This document shows, piece after piece, positions 39,699-51,988 of a stretch of DNA of 64,000 nucleotides (position 1 is its first letter; each line of letters opens with the position of its first letter). Source of the stretch: an uncultured Gammaproteobacteria bacterium (GTDB taxonomy: Bacteria; Pseudomonadota; Gammaproteobacteria; UBA9214); contig CAVVHS010000005.1 in the NCBI GenBank assembly GCA_963748215.1, positions 32,001 through 96,000 on the forward strand, in the 5' to 3' direction. A program made the translations under genes and the position numbers. The notes under the pieces are model-generated. The model searched no databases. It was not told where the DNA came from and worked only from the letters and a program-made list of their open reading frames with translations.

Positions 39699-41963
39699 TC
39701 ACTTGCGCGACTTACGGTTCAAACCGGAGCCGCGGCGCGACTTGCGCTGCTTCTTGCCGCGCGCCGGCTGGCTCTCGTCCAGTTCGAAGTCGATCTTGCG
39801 ATCGTCGAGGTTGACCTGCACCACCTTGACCGCAACCTCGTCGCCGAGCCGGAAGATGCGCCGGGTGCGCTCGCCGATCAGCCAGTGCCGGGTCGGCTCA
39901 TAATGATAGTAGTCGTTGCCGAGCGCGGTGACATGCACCAGCCCTTCCACGTAGATGTCCTTGAGTTCCACGAAAATCCCGAACGAGGTCGTGGTGCTGA
40001 TGATGCCGGAGAACGTTTCACCGATCTTGTCGAGCATGAACTCGCACTTCAGCCAGTCGACGGCATCGCGCGTCGCCTCATCGGCACGCCGCTCGGTCGT
40101 CGAGCAATGTTCACCGAGGTCGAGCATCGCGGCAGCATTGTAATGGAAGGACTTCGCCTTCTTCTCTGCCAGTACGTGGCGGATGGCGCGATGTACCAGC
40201 AGGTCCGGATAGCGGCGGATGGGCGAGGTGAAGTGCACGTAGTGTTCGTGCGCCAGTCCGAAGTGACCGATATTCACCGGGCTGTACTCGGCGCGCGGCA
40301 TGGAACGCAGCAGCACGGTGTTGATAAGGTGCTCGTCCGGACGCCCGTGCACCTGTTCCAGCAGTGCGGAATAATCGCGTGCGGACGGCTTGGCTCCGCC
40401 GCGCAGCCCGAGGCCCAGCTCGTTCAGGAATTCCTGCAGGTCGGATATCTTCTCGGCCGCCGGCATGGCGTGCACGCGGAACAGGGTTGGCATGTTGTGG
40501 CGTTCCAGCAGGCGTGCAGCGGCGACGTTGGCGGCGATCATGCACTCCTCGATGACCTTGTGCGCATCATTGCGCACCAGTGGCACGATCCGCTCGATCT
40601 TGCGCTCCGCGCCGAACACGATACGCGTCTCGGTAGTCTCGAAATCGATCGCGCCGCGCGTCTGGCGTGCATCGCGCAGTGCCTGGTAGAGCCGGTACAG
40701 TTCATCGAGATGCGGCACCAGCGCCTCGCGCCGCGCACACGCCTGCTCGTCCCGCTCGACCATGATGGCGGCCGCCTCCGCGTAGGTCAGCCGGGCATGT
40801 GAACGCATCAGGCCATCGAAAAAGCGCGAACGCACCAGACTGCCATCGCGCTTGATGATCATCTCGCTCACCAGACACAGGCGGTCGACATCCGGATTCA
40901 GCGAACACAGGCCGTTGGACAGGACCTCCGGCAGCATCGGGATGACGCGCTCGGGGAAATACACCGAGTTGCCGCGCTCCAGCGCCTCGGCATCCAGCGC
41001 CGTATCGGGGTAGACGTAGTGCGAGACATCGGCGATGGCGACCAGCAGGCGCCAGCCGCTGGGCGTGCGCTCGCAGTACACGGCGTCGTCGAAGTCGCGC
41101 GCATCGGCACCGTCGATGGTGACCAGCGGCAGCTCGCGCAGGTCCTCGCGTCCGCGCTTCGCCGCTTCCGGCACCTCCGCGCCCAGCCCGGCGGTCTCCT
41201 GTTCCACGGCCGGCGGCCAGGCCAGCGGCACGTCGTGGCTGCGGATGGCGATATCGATTTCCATGCCCGGCGCCATGTGATCACCCAGCACCTCGATCAC
41301 CCGCCCGACCGGCGGCGTGCGCTTGCTCGGCTGCTCGATGATTTCGACGGTGACGATCTGGCCGTGTGTCGCGCCGCCGGTCTCGCCGGCCGGCACGACC
41401 ACTTCCTGCGGCAGGCGCTTGCTGTCGGGACTGACAAACGTCGCGCCACTTTCATTGTAGAAACGGCCTACCAGCTTCTGGGTGTTGCGCCGGATCACCT
41501 CGACCACCGAGCCCTCGCGGCGCCCGCGCCGGTCCAGGCCGGTGATCCGCACCAGCGCGCGGTCGCCGTGAAACAGCGCGCGCATCTGGCGCGCCGACAG
41601 GAACACGTCGTCGCCGGCATCGTCGGGGACCAGGAAGCCGAAGCCGTCCTGGTGGCCGATGATGCGGCCGGCGACCAGATCGAGCCGGTCCGCCAGCGCA
41701 TAGCAATCGCGCCGGTTGCGCACCAGCTGACCATCGCGCGACATGGCATTCAGGCGCCGGCGCAGGGCCTCGAGCCCGTCCTCGGTGTCAATGGCGAGCA
41801 GCGCGGCGAGTTCCTCCCGGCTGACCGGGTGATCGACATCGTTGATGACCTCGAGGATGTGCTCGCGGCTGGCGATCGGCCGCTCGTAACGGGTCGCCTC
41901 CCGCTCCGCGTGCGGGTCGTCCTGGCGACTGGAGGAATTCTTGTTACCGGGTTTACGTGGCAT
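39699..41963 (-). CDS. rnr: Ribonuclease R
   Basis: TIDGADARDFDDA, IEECMIAAN, HFTSPIRRYPD, C-terminal S1 and basic tail. Confidence 0.97.
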   Translation of the reverse strand: MPRKPGNKNSSSRQDDPHAEREATRYERPIASREHILEVINDVDHPVSREELAALLAIDTEDGLEALRRRLNAMSRDGQLVRNRRDCYALADRLDLVAGRIIGHQDGFGFLVPDDAGDDVFLSARQMRALFHGDRALVRITGLDRRGRREGSVVEVIRRNTQKLVGRFYNESGATFVSPDSKRLPQEVVVPAGETGGATHGQIVTVEIIEQPSKRTPPVGRVIEVLGDHMAPGMEIDIAIRSHDVPLAWPPAVEQETAGLGAEVPEAAKRGREDLRELPLVTIDGADARDFDDAVYCERTPSGWRLLVAIADVSHYVYPDTALDAEALERGNSVYFPERVIPMLPEVLSNGLCSLNPDVDRLCLVSEMIIKRDGSLVRSRFFDGLMRSHARLTYAEAAAIMVERDEQACARREALVPHLDELYRLYQALRDARQTRGAIDFETTETRIVFGAERKIERIVPLVRNDAHKVIEECMIAANVAAARLLERHNMPTLFRVHAMPAAEKISDLQEFLNELGLGLRGGAKPSARDYSALLEQVHGRPDEHLINTVLLRSMPRAEYSPVNIGHFGLAHEHYVHFTSPIRRYPDLLVHRAIRHVLAEKKAKSFHYNAAAMLDLGEHCSTTERRADEATRDAVDWLKCEFMLDKIGETFSGIISTTTSFGIFVELKDIYVEGLVHVTALGNDYYHYEPTRHWLIGERTRRIFRLGDEVAVKVVQVNLDDRKIDFELDESQPARGKKQRKSRRGSGLNRKSRK

Positions 41964-42012
41964 GGTCGGGTTCACTCAGGTAGGGGTCGATGCGCGTCCT
42001 GGAACGGGCAAA

Positions 42013-42041
42013 TTGACAAGATAAAAAGCAGACGGTAGAGT
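42013..42041 (+). promoter_or_regulatory. sigma70 promoter of tRNA-Leu
   Basis: TTGACA-N17-TAGAGT. Confidence 0.7.
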
Positions 42042-42080
42042 TCGCGGCTCTCCAGGCAGCTTCAGGCTGTACTGCATCAC

Positions 42081-42167
42081 GCCGAGGTGGTGAAATTGGT
42101 AGACACGCTAGCTTCAGGTGCTAGTGGGGGAAACCCCGTGGAGGTTCAAGTCCTCTCCTCGGCACCA
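42081..42167 (+). tRNA. tRNA-Leu (CAG)
   Basis: GCCGAGG acceptor stem, anticodon loop TTCAGGT, long variable arm, GTTCAAG T-loop, 3' CCA. Confidence 0.96.
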
Positions 42168-42201
42168 CTTCAATCCCGTTCCGTCATCCACGCACCCGTG
42201 C

Positions 42202-43572
<1,371 letters not shown>

Positions 43573-43618
43573 TCATGCAAACATGCCCGCGCGCGAGTCA
43601 CAGGTCCGGTGAAATGCC

Positions 43619-44806
43619 TCACTCGAGCGCCCGTACGACCCAGGTGCCGGCGTCCCGCACCAGCTGCCGGTCACAGCCCATGTCCCGCGCCCCCCCGGCC
43701 TGGCCGGGCAAGGCCATCACCACCCGCTCACCCTGACCGCGCAATGTCGCGACCGCGTCGTCAAGCCGGGCATCATTCTCCGCGGGGGCGAATACTGCAC
43801 CCGGGCGGCCATCGAAGTCACGCGGACTCAGGTCCATCAGGGTCCGCAGGTCGGTGCTGAAGCCGGTCGCAGGCCGGGCGCGCCCGAATACCTCGCCGAT
43901 GGCATCGTAACGACCGCCACGGGCGACCTCCTGCCCGCAACCGGGCACGAACACCGCGAACACCATGCCGGTCTGGTAGCGGTAGCCGCGCAGTTCCGCA
44001 AGATCGAAATCGATCTGCACGTCGCCGGCACGCTGCTGCAGGCGATCGGCTATGGCACGCAGGTTCTCCAGCGCCTGGATCACCTGCACGCCGGCGCCGT
44101 CCAGCACCTCGCGCGCGCCGTAGAGTACGTCCCAGCCGCCGTTTAGCCCGGCCAGCACCGCCAGCCGTTCGCGCTGGCCGGCATCGCGCACGGTCTGGTC
44201 CAGCATCTCGCCGATCTCGGCAACCGCCTTGCGCTGCAGCGCTTCGAACAGGTCGTTTTCCTGCCCGGCGTTCAGCCCCGCGTCCCGCGCCAGGCCACGG
44301 AAAATGCCGACATGCCCGAGATTGACATGCACGTCCGGGATTTCCAGCAATGCCAGCGATTCCAGCACCAGCAGCAGGATCTCGACGTCGCTCTCGATGC
44401 CGGCATGGCCGAACAGCTCGGCGCCCACCTGCAGCGGGCTGCGCGAACTGCCGAAGCCGTCGCTGCGCGTGTGCAGCACCGTACCCATGTAGCAAAGCCG
44501 TGTCGGCGCATCGCGCCGCAGCGGGTGCGCGTCGATGCGTGCCGCCTGCGGCGTCATGTCGGCACGCACACCCATCATGCGCCCGCTCATCAGGTCGGTG
44601 ACCTTGAAGGTCTGCAGGTCGAGGTCGTTGCCGGCGCCGGTCAGCAGCGATTCGAGATACTCGATAAGCGGAGGCATTATCAGCGCGTAGCCCCAGCCTG
44701 CGAACAGGTCGAGCAGTTCGCGCCGCGCGGACTCGAGCCGCCACGCCTCGGGCGGCAGCACCTCTTCGATGCCTTCCGGTAATAACCATTGGTCCTCGCG
44801 ACTCAT
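43619..44806 (-). CDS. hisZ: ATP phosphoribosyltransferase regulatory subunit
   Basis: WLLPEGIEEVLP, RADMTPQAARID, QVGAELFG, ARGGRYD, RPATGFS. Confidence 0.95.
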   Translation of the reverse strand: MSREDQWLLPEGIEEVLPPEAWRLESARRELLDLFAGWGYALIMPPLIEYLESLLTGAGNDLDLQTFKVTDLMSGRMMGVRADMTPQAARIDAHPLRRDAPTRLCYMGTVLHTRSDGFGSSRSPLQVGAELFGHAGIESDVEILLLVLESLALLEIPDVHVNLGHVGIFRGLARDAGLNAGQENDLFEALQRKAVAEIGEMLDQTVRDAGQRERLAVLAGLNGGWDVLYGAREVLDGAGVQVIQALENLRAIADRLQQRAGDVQIDFDLAELRGYRYQTGMVFAVFVPGCGQEVARGGRYDAIGEVFGRARPATGFSTDLRTLMDLSPRDFDGRPGAVFAPAENDARLDDAVATLRGQGERVVMALPGQAGGARDMGCDRQLVRDAGTWVVRALE

Positions 44807-44940
44807 GTCGGTTTCCTAGCCCGCAATGCTCGCCGGGGCAGTCAGCGACCGATGACACACTGTTTGTTGCCGAATAGGTATTGGTTTCATCGTTTCAGCT
44901 CAGCATTTTTGTATAACCGCCGCCCGGTGAAACATGCGGG

Positions 44941-45138
44941 CTAGCGCACCAGGTACAGCATAACGATTCCGCACAGCATGCTGGCCAGTCCGGCCACGCG
45001 CAAGGTGCGGTCATCGAGCTGCGACGCGGTCTCCAGCATGCGCCGCAGGTAGCCCGGATTGAGAAAGGGGATCACGCCTTCGATGACCAGCACCAGTGCC
45101 AGCGCCGCCAGCAGATCAGTCCAGTTCAGCTCCAGCAT
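44941..45138 (-). CDS. DUF2065 small membrane protein (YjeT-like)
   Basis: ALALVLVIEGVIPFLNP; conserved position after hflC. Confidence 0.88.
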   Translation of the reverse strand: MLELNWTDLLAALALVLVIEGVIPFLNPGYLRRMLETASQLDDRTLRVAGLASMLCGIVMLYLVR

Positions 45139-45140
45139 TC

Positions 45141-45167
45141 AAAAAGCCCCGGGGGTCCGCCCGGGGC
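45141..45167 (-). terminator. Terminator after hflC
   Basis: gccccggg/cccggggc hairpin then TTTTT on minus strand. Confidence 0.65.
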
Positions 45168-45188
45168 ATCCTGTCGCATGCAACACTC

Positions 45189-46061
45189 TCAGGGAGCCTG
45201 CTCGCCGCTGGCGCTGCCGAAGTACTTGAAGAACTCGGAATCCGGCTCCAGCACCAGCACGTCCTGCTGGCTCGAGAGCGCCGTGCGGTAGGCATTCATG
45301 CTGCGGTAGAAATCGTAGAACTCGCGGTTCTTGCCGAAGGCCTTGCCGTAGATCTCCGTGGCTTTTGCATCGCCCTCGCCGCGGATCTTCTCGGCATCGC
45401 GCTGCGCCTCGGCGAGCAGCACCGTGCGATCCCTTTCGGAGACGGCACGAATGCCCTTGGCCGACTCCTCGCCCTGGGCGCGCAGGTCTTTGGCAATACG
45501 TTCACGCTCGGTGCGCATGCGCTCGTATACCGAGTTGCGCACGTCCTCCGGCAGTTCGATCTGCTTGATACGGGTATCCACGATAACGATACCGAATGCC
45601 GCAATCTGCTCATTGGCTGTATCGGTCAGGTTATCCGTCATCCGGGCACGATCCTCGGCCACCACCTGCTGGATGGTGCGCTGATCGAACTCCAGCTGCA
45701 GACCGTTCTTGATGATCTGCAACAGGCGCAGACTGGCCTGGCGCTCGTCGCCCATGAACGAGGTGTAGTAGGCAGCAGGATTGAGGATGCGCCACTTGAC
45801 GAAGAAATCCACCGTGACGTTTTTCTTCTCGCCGGTCAGAAAGCGCTCCGGGCGAGTGTCAAGCGTCAGGATGCGCTTGTCGAACTTGCGCACGTTGTTG
45901 ACAGGCCAGGGCGCCTTGAAATGCAGGCCAGGCTCGTAGGACGAGTCGACGACTTTACCCAACTGGAATTTGATGGCGTATTCGCGCTCATCGACGATGA
46001 AGACACAACTCAGGCCGACCAGTGCGGCCAGTACGAATATGACTATCAGTAAACGGACCAT
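45189..46061 (-). CDS. hflC: Protease modulator HflC
   Basis: PGLHFK, FDKRIL, YERMRTER, FYDFYRSM, DSEFFKYF. Confidence 0.96.
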   Translation of the reverse strand: MVRLLIVIFVLAALVGLSCVFIVDEREYAIKFQLGKVVDSSYEPGLHFKAPWPVNNVRKFDKRILTLDTRPERFLTGEKKNVTVDFFVKWRILNPAAYYTSFMGDERQASLRLLQIIKNGLQLEFDQRTIQQVVAEDRARMTDNLTDTANEQIAAFGIVIVDTRIKQIELPEDVRNSVYERMRTERERIAKDLRAQGEESAKGIRAVSERDRTVLLAEAQRDAEKIRGEGDAKATEIYGKAFGKNREFYDFYRSMNAYRTALSSQQDVLVLEPDSEFFKYFGSASGEQAP

Positions 46062-46063
46062 GG

Positions 46064-47194
46064 CTATCGTCCTCCCTCGCTACGCGAGCTGCTGCGCAGA
46101 CGGATGTCGGTCTGCTCGCCGGACGGCGATTTGCTGTTGTACGACGCACCCTCATCGGGCGAATTCAGATAACTGCCGCGCGGCTCCATCAGCTTGTCGA
46201 GCGGGATGTACATCAGGTTGTTGCCGTCCTTGACCCCCATGACCACCTTGCTGGTATTCGCCAGCACGTATTCCATGGTCTCGATGTACAGGCGCTTGCG
46301 CGTCACAGCGGGCTCCTTCTCGTATTCGGTCAGCGTCTGCAGGAAACGGCTGGACTCACCCTCCGCCTTGGCGATGACCTGCTCGCGGTAGGCATTGGCC
46401 GCCTCGCGCAGGCGCGTGGCATCACCGCGCGCCCTGGGCAGGATATCCAGGGAGTAGGCCTCGGCCTGGTTGCGATAGCGCACCTGGTCCTCGCGCGCCT
46501 TGATGGCATCCTCGAACGCGCCCTGCACCTCTTCCGGCGGCTGCGGGTCCTGCAGGTTGACACTGGTCAGAATCAGGCCGGTCTGGTATCTGTCGAGCGT
46601 CTCCTGGGTCAGCTCCTTGGTCAGGCGCACGATCTCGCCACGACCGCCGCTGAAAAACTCGTCCATGGTGCTGGATCCGATTACCTCGCGCAGTGCACTC
46701 TCACTCGCTTCCTGCAGGGTGAAGTCCGGATCGCGCACCCGGAACAGGTAATCCTTGGCGTCCTTGACCTGGTATTGCACGGCCAGCTCGACCTGGATGA
46801 TGTTCTCGTCCTTGGTCAGCATCTTGGCCCGGTGACTGACCGTGCGCAGCCGGTCGACATCGACCACGTTGATGGTGTCGATACCGCGCGGATACCAGTG
46901 CGGTCCCGGGCCTGTGATGGTGTGGAATTCGCCCAGGCGCAGTACCACGCCGCGCTCGGCCGGCTCGATGATATAGATGCCGGACAGCACCCAGGCCACC
47001 AATGCCACCACCAGCAGCAGGCTGAAGTTGAACGGCTTGCCGGTCCCGGCGCCGCGCCCGGACTTGCCGCCGAAAAAGCTGTTCATTCGCTCGCGCAGCT
47101 TGCGCGCCACTTCGTCGAGGTCCGGCGGTCCGTCGTTCCCGCCACCGCCACCCCACGGGTCACGCTTGCCACCACCCGGTTCATTCCAAGCCAT
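46064..47194 (-). CDS. hflK: Protease modulator HflK
   Basis: MAWNEPG, DPWG, GPPDLDE, MLTKDENI, PPEEVQGAFEDAIKARED. Confidence 0.96.
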   Translation of the reverse strand: MAWNEPGGGKRDPWGGGGGNDGPPDLDEVARKLRERMNSFFGGKSGRGAGTGKPFNFSLLLVVALVAWVLSGIYIIEPAERGVVLRLGEFHTITGPGPHWYPRGIDTINVVDVDRLRTVSHRAKMLTKDENIIQVELAVQYQVKDAKDYLFRVRDPDFTLQEASESALREVIGSSTMDEFFSGGRGEIVRLTKELTQETLDRYQTGLILTSVNLQDPQPPEEVQGAFEDAIKAREDQVRYRNQAEAYSLDILPRARGDATRLREAANAYREQVIAKAEGESSRFLQTLTEYEKEPAVTRKRLYIETMEYVLANTSKVVMGVKDGNNLMYIPLDKLMEPRGSYLNSPDEGASYNSKSPSGEQTDIRLRSSSRSEGGR

Positions 47195-47263
47195 ACATTC
47201 GCTCCAGTCAGCAAAAATGCGCCCTGCATGACAGGCATGCATGCGCGTCGAAAGTGTGCAAGT

Positions 47264-48583
47264 TTAAGAAGCTTGCGCTGTGCCCGCAACAATTGCGGCG
47301 GGATCAGCAGGATGAAAATCGCATTTTCCGCCCGATTCGCGGATCAGCCGGTCGATGTTGCGCTGCGCCATGCAGACTTCCAGCCAGCAGCCGCCCTGCT
47401 CGTCCACGCGTTCCGACATCACCTGGCCGATATTGTACAGCGAGGAACGCGCGGCGCCGGCCGTGACCGGCATGTGCAGCCAGCCGTGCACCTGGCGGCC
47501 CTGGAAATGTCCGCTCAGGGCGTCGGACAGCAGGTCCAGGCCCGTGCCGGTCACCGCCGAAACCCACACCCGGTCAGGCAGGCCGTCCGCTCCGTATTCC
47601 ACGTGCGGCTCGATATCCGACAGGTCGATCTTGTTGTAGACCCTGATCTGCGGGATCTCCGCGGCCCCGATTTCGGCCAGCACGACATTGACCTGCTCGA
47701 TATGGGCCATTTTTTCCTCGTCCTGCGCATCCACCACATGCAACAGCAGATCCGCACGTCGCGTTTCCTCCAGCGTGGCACGGAACGCGGCCACCAGGTC
47801 GTGCGGCAGGTGACGGATAAAGCCGACCGTGTCCGCCAGCACCAGCGGCCCGACGCCCTGTACCTCGATCCGGCGCAGGGTTGGATCCAGCGTGGCAAAC
47901 AGCTGGTCTGCCGCGTAGGCATCCGCACCGCTGAGGGCGTTGAACAGCGTGGACTTGCCGGCATTGGTATAGCCGACCAGCGACACCGTGGGGACCTCGG
48001 CGCGCGCCCGCGCGCGGCGCCCCTGGTCACGCTGGCGCTCCACCTTTTCCAGGCGCCGGTTGATCATCTTGATGCGCGCATTGATCATGCGCCGGTCGGA
48101 CTCGAGCTGGGTCTCGCCCGGACCGCGCAGGCCGATACCACCCTTCTGCCGTTCCAGGTGGGTCCAGCCACGTACCAGCCGGGTCGACAGGTGGCGCAGC
48201 TGCGCCAGCTCCACCTGCAGTTTGCCTTCGAATGACCGCGCGCGCTGCGCGAAGATGTCCAGGATCAGGCCGGTACGGCCCAGCACCCGGCACGACAGCA
48301 GGCGTTCGAGGTTGCGCTCCTGGCTGGGGCTCAGCGTGTGATTGAAAATCACCACGTCGGCCTGGTGCTCATGCACCGCGGCCAGGATTTCCCCGGCCTT
48401 TCCCTGACCGATATACAGACGCGGGTCAGGTACAGCCCGGGTCGCGGTGATGGTCGCAGCCGGCACGGCGCCTGCGGAGCACACCAACTCGGTGAATTCC
48501 TGCAGATCTTCCTGCCCGGCTGCGTCGGGAAAGTACACGTGGACCAGTATGGCCCGCTCACCGGTCTCAGGGCGTTCGAACAA
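47264..48583 (-). CDS. hflX: Ribosome rescue GTPase HflX
   Basis: GPGETQLE, GYTNAGKST, LFATLD, DTVGFI, YNKID; TTG start. Confidence 0.97.
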   Translation of the reverse strand: MFERPETGERAILVHVYFPDAAGQEDLQEFTELVCSAGAVPAATITATRAVPDPRLYIGQGKAGEILAAVHEHQADVVIFNHTLSPSQERNLERLLSCRVLGRTGLILDIFAQRARSFEGKLQVELAQLRHLSTRLVRGWTHLERQKGGIGLRGPGETQLESDRRMINARIKMINRRLEKVERQRDQGRRARARAEVPTVSLVGYTNAGKSTLFNALSGADAYAADQLFATLDPTLRRIEVQGVGPLVLADTVGFIRHLPHDLVAAFRATLEETRRADLLLHVVDAQDEEKMAHIEQVNVVLAEIGAAEIPQIRVYNKIDLSDIEPHVEYGADGLPDRVWVSAVTGTGLDLLSDALSGHFQGRQVHGWLHMPVTAGAARSSLYNIGQVMSERVDEQGGCWLEVCMAQRNIDRLIRESGGKCDFHPADPAAIVAGTAQAS

Positions 48584-48612
48584 ATAACTGTACCGTCATG
48601 GAGGAATCGCGA

Positions 48613-48867
48613 CTAGGCATTGCCCGGATCGGGCGCGCCCTGTTCGTCGTTGCCGGGAATGCGCACATTGCGCGCCGGTACCACGGTTGAAATAGCGTGC
48701 TTGTAAACCATCTGGCTGACGGCGTTCTTGAGGAGCACGACAAACTGGTCGAATGATTCAATCTGGCCTTGCAGCTTGATGCCGTTTACCAGGTAGATGG
48801 ATACCGGGACTCGCTCTTTGCGCAGTGCATTCAGAAATGGATCCTGCAAAGATTGTCCTCTATTCAT
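48613..48867 (-). CDS. hfq: RNA chaperone Hfq
   Basis: [28 protein letters not shown]...[10 protein letters not shown]. Confidence 0.98.
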   Translation of the reverse strand: MNRGQSLQDPFLNALRKERVPVSIYLVNGIKLQGQIESFDQFVVLLKNAVSQMVYKHAISTVVPARNVRIPGNDEQGAPDPGNA

Positions 48868-49008
48868 TTCTTTATCTCCTTTTTGTTGTGCTGCCAGCCA
48901 GCTTTGGCCACCAGGCCGCTAATTTCGCAGAAATATTAGTGGAATAAGCCGTGTAATACCATGATCTGGATCATACCTGTTTTCCCGCCGAAACACAGGG
49001 TTGTTTCA

Positions 49009-49953
49009 CTATTCCGTCAACCATTCAGCCACCCGGGCGGCGATCCGCGCGGGGGTCTCCGGCGCCTCGGCCGTGAAGCGCTCGGCATCCTGCTCCCCGC
49101 GCAGCCAGGTGAGCTGCCGCTTGGCGTACTGACGGGTGACCACGATGATTTTCCTGATCATTTCCTCGTGCGTCATGTCCCCCTCGAGATAGTGCCACAT
49201 CTGGCGGTAACCGACTGCACGCAGGGCCGGAAGTTCAGGCTCGAGATCACCGCGCGCCCTCAGCCGGCGCACCTCGGCCTCGAAGCCGGCTGCGAGCATG
49301 GCCTCCAGCCGGGCCACCATCCGCGCCTGCAGCCAGTCGCGGTCTGCCGGTATCAGGGCCAGTTTCAGTACTCGGCTGGGCAGCGCCTCGCCTCGCCCGC
49401 GGGACAGCAGCTCGCTCATGGGTTTTCCTGTTATTTCATAGACTTCCAACGCCCTGAGGATGCGTTGCGGGTCATTGGCATGGAGCCGGGATGCGCTGAC
49501 CGGGTCCACGACCGCCAGGCGTCGGTACAGGGTATCGAGTCCCTGCCCGGCCAGCAGCCCCTGCAGCATGGCGCGCACACCCGGGTCAGAGGCCGGCAGC
49601 GCGGACAGTCCCTGCTGCAGGGCACGAAAATACAGGAAGGTCCCACCGACCAGCAGCGGCACGCGGCCCTGCGCACCAATTTCAACCATGGCGGCCAGCG
49701 CATCGGCGCGGAACTCCGCCGCCGAATAGGGCCGCTTCGGGTCGCGGATGTCGATCAGACGGTGCGGCGCCCGGCGCAGCACATCCGCGTCCGGCTTGGC
49801 GGTGCCGATGTCCATGCCGCGATACACCAGCGCGGAGTCGACGCTGATGATTTCCAGGGGGAAGCGGCGCACCAGCTCGACCGCCAGCCCGGTCTTGCCC
49901 GAGGCAGTCGGGCCCATGAGGAATATGGCAGGTGGTAGTGAATGTTCAGGCAT
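49009..49953 (-). CDS. miaA: tRNA dimethylallyltransferase
   Basis: [44 protein letters not shown]. Confidence 0.97.
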   Translation of the reverse strand: MPEHSLPPAIFLMGPTASGKTGLAVELVRRFPLEIISVDSALVYRGMDIGTAKPDADVLRRAPHRLIDIRDPKRPYSAAEFRADALAAMVEIGAQGRVPLLVGGTFLYFRALQQGLSALPASDPGVRAMLQGLLAGQGLDTLYRRLAVVDPVSASRLHANDPQRILRALEVYEITGKPMSELLSRGRGEALPSRVLKLALIPADRDWLQARMVARLEAMLAAGFEAEVRRLRARGDLEPELPALRAVGYRQMWHYLEGDMTHEEMIRKIIVVTRQYAKRQLTWLRGEQDAERFTAEAPETPARIAARVAEWLTE

Positions 49954-49997
49954 CGAAAAAAACCATCTAACGCACAGGCGGAAAGAAATTCACTGAG

Positions 49998-50087
49998 GTA
50001 GGACCGGACCGCATCCGCGATCTTTTAGCCGACGAAAGATCGCGCTTGTACCCGATAAAGCGCCGGGCATAAACGAAGCGCTCCTAC
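49998..50087. repeat. Inverted GTAG-REP pair; second REP carries a 25-bp insertion
   Basis: gtaggaccggaccgcatccgcgatc...gatcgcgcttg[tacccgataaagcgccgggcataaa]cgaagcgctcctac. Confidence 0.75.
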
Positions 50088-50119
50088 ATCAATAGAAATT
50101 CCCGCAGGTACGGAACCGA

Positions 50120-51895
50120 TCAGCGCCCGCGCAGGAACAGTTTGTCGAGTTCCGCCATGCCGAGCTGCACCCAGGTCGGGCGGCCGTGGTTGCACTGGCC
50201 GCTGCGCTCGGTGCGTTCCATGTCGCGCAACAGGGCATTCATCTCGTCCGGCGTCAGGCGCCGGTTGGCGCGTACCGAACCGTGACAGGCCATGGTCGAC
50301 AGCAGCGCGTTGACGGATTCCTGCACGCGCCGGCTGCTGCCATGCTCGAGCATGTCCGCCAGCACATCGCGCACCAGCGCACCGATGTCGGCATTGTGCA
50401 GCAGCGCTGGAATGGCGCGCACCACGATCTGTTCGCGACCCAGGCGGTCGATGTCGAGACCCAGCTCGCAAAACGCCGCCTGCTGTGCCTCGCAGGCATC
50501 GGCCTCGCGCGCGCTGACATCCAGTCGCAACGGCACCAGCAGCGGCTGTGAACGGATGCCCTCGCCGACCTGGGCCTGTTTCAGCTGTTCGTAGGTGATG
50601 CGCTCGTGGGCCGCGTGCATATCCACCAGTACCAGCCCGGCCGCGTTCTGCGCCAGGATGTAAACACCGTGCAACTGTGCCAGCGCAAAGCCGAGCGGAA
50701 AGTCGTCCGCACCGGCATCGGCCGGCGATGCCGGTGCGGGCTGCGGGGCCACCGGGTGCAGGGCGGCGTAGCGGCTGATCTGCTCGCGCACATCTAAACG
50801 CAGGCCGGGCTGGGCGGGCGCCGTACCATGCGCGCGGTCCAGCGGCAACGCCGCGACTGGCTGCGCCGGCTGCGGCACCGGCTGATCGGGCGACGGCCGT
50901 ACCTGTGCCAGCGCCTCGTGGAGGGTGCGAAACAGGAAGTCATGCACCAGTCGGCTGTCGCGAAAACGCACCTCGTGCTTGGTCGGATGCGCATTGACAT
51001 CGACCGTGGCCGGATCGATTTCCAGGAACAGCACATAGGCCGGATGGCGGCCGTGGAACAGCACATCCTGGTAGGCCTGGCGTACCGCGTGCGTGACCAG
51101 CTTGTCGCGCACCATGCGGTTGTTGACGTAGAAATACTGCAGGTCGGGCTGGCTGCGCGAGAACGTCGGCAACGCCACCCAGCCATGCAGCTTCAGCCCG
51201 GCTGCGGCATGCTCGATGTGCAGGGCCTGTTCCATGAAGGCCTTGCCGCACAGGTCGGCGACACGCCGCTCCTGCGCCTCGAGGCCGGGCGCGGCCGGCA
51301 GGTGCAGGACCGCGCGCTGGTTGTGTTGCAGGGTGAAGGCCACCGGAAAGCTGCTCAGCGCGATGCGCTGCACGACTGTCTCGATATGCTTGTACTCGGT
51401 GGCATCGGTGCGCATGAATTTGCGCCGTGCCGGCGTGTTGAAAAACAGGTCGCGCACATCCACCGTGGTGCCGCGCGGGTGCGCCACCGGCGCGGCCGTC
51501 AGCGACCGGTCCGAGCCGTCGCCCTGCACGGTCCAGCCCGATTCCGCGTCCGCGCTGCAGGAACTCAGCCGCAATCGCGACACCGAGGCGATGCTGGGCA
51601 GTGCCTCGCCGCGAAACCCGAGGCTGGCGATGCGCTCCAGGTCCTCCAGCGACGCGATCTTGCTGGTCGCATGCCGCGACAGCGCCAGCGACAGCTCGTC
51701 GCGCGGAATGCCGCTGCCGTCATCGCGAACCCGGATGCGCTGCCGGCCGCCATTCTCGATATCGATGTCGATGCTGCGCGCACCGGCATCGATGCTGTTT
51801 TCCAGCAATTCCTTGACGACCGAGGCCGGCCGCTCGATAACCTCGCCGGCGGCGATCTGGTTGATCAGGCGGGATGGCAGGATCTGGATGGGCAT
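50120..51895 (-). CDS. mutL: DNA mismatch repair endonuclease MutL
   Basis: [40 protein letters not shown]. Confidence 0.98.
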   Translation of the reverse strand: MPIQILPSRLINQIAAGEVIERPASVVKELLENSIDAGARSIDIDIENGGRQRIRVRDDGSGIPRDELSLALSRHATSKIASLEDLERIASLGFRGEALPSIASVSRLRLSSCSADAESGWTVQGDGSDRSLTAAPVAHPRGTTVDVRDLFFNTPARRKFMRTDATEYKHIETVVQRIALSSFPVAFTLQHNQRAVLHLPAAPGLEAQERRVADLCGKAFMEQALHIEHAAAGLKLHGWVALPTFSRSQPDLQYFYVNNRMVRDKLVTHAVRQAYQDVLFHGRHPAYVLFLEIDPATVDVNAHPTKHEVRFRDSRLVHDFLFRTLHEALAQVRPSPDQPVPQPAQPVAALPLDRAHGTAPAQPGLRLDVREQISRYAALHPVAPQPAPASPADAGADDFPLGFALAQLHGVYILAQNAAGLVLVDMHAAHERITYEQLKQAQVGEGIRSQPLLVPLRLDVSAREADACEAQQAAFCELGLDIDRLGREQIVVRAIPALLHNADIGALVRDVLADMLEHGSSRRVQESVNALLSTMACHGSVRANRRLTPDEMNALLRDMERTERSGQCNHGRPTWVQLGMAELDKLFLRGR

Positions 51896-51988
51896 TACGG
51901 CATGATGTGGTGGCAGCTCGGGCCACCGATCATACCGTCAGGGGCGCCGGCAGAGTACCCCGGCAGAAAAACACGCGGATGGCACCCG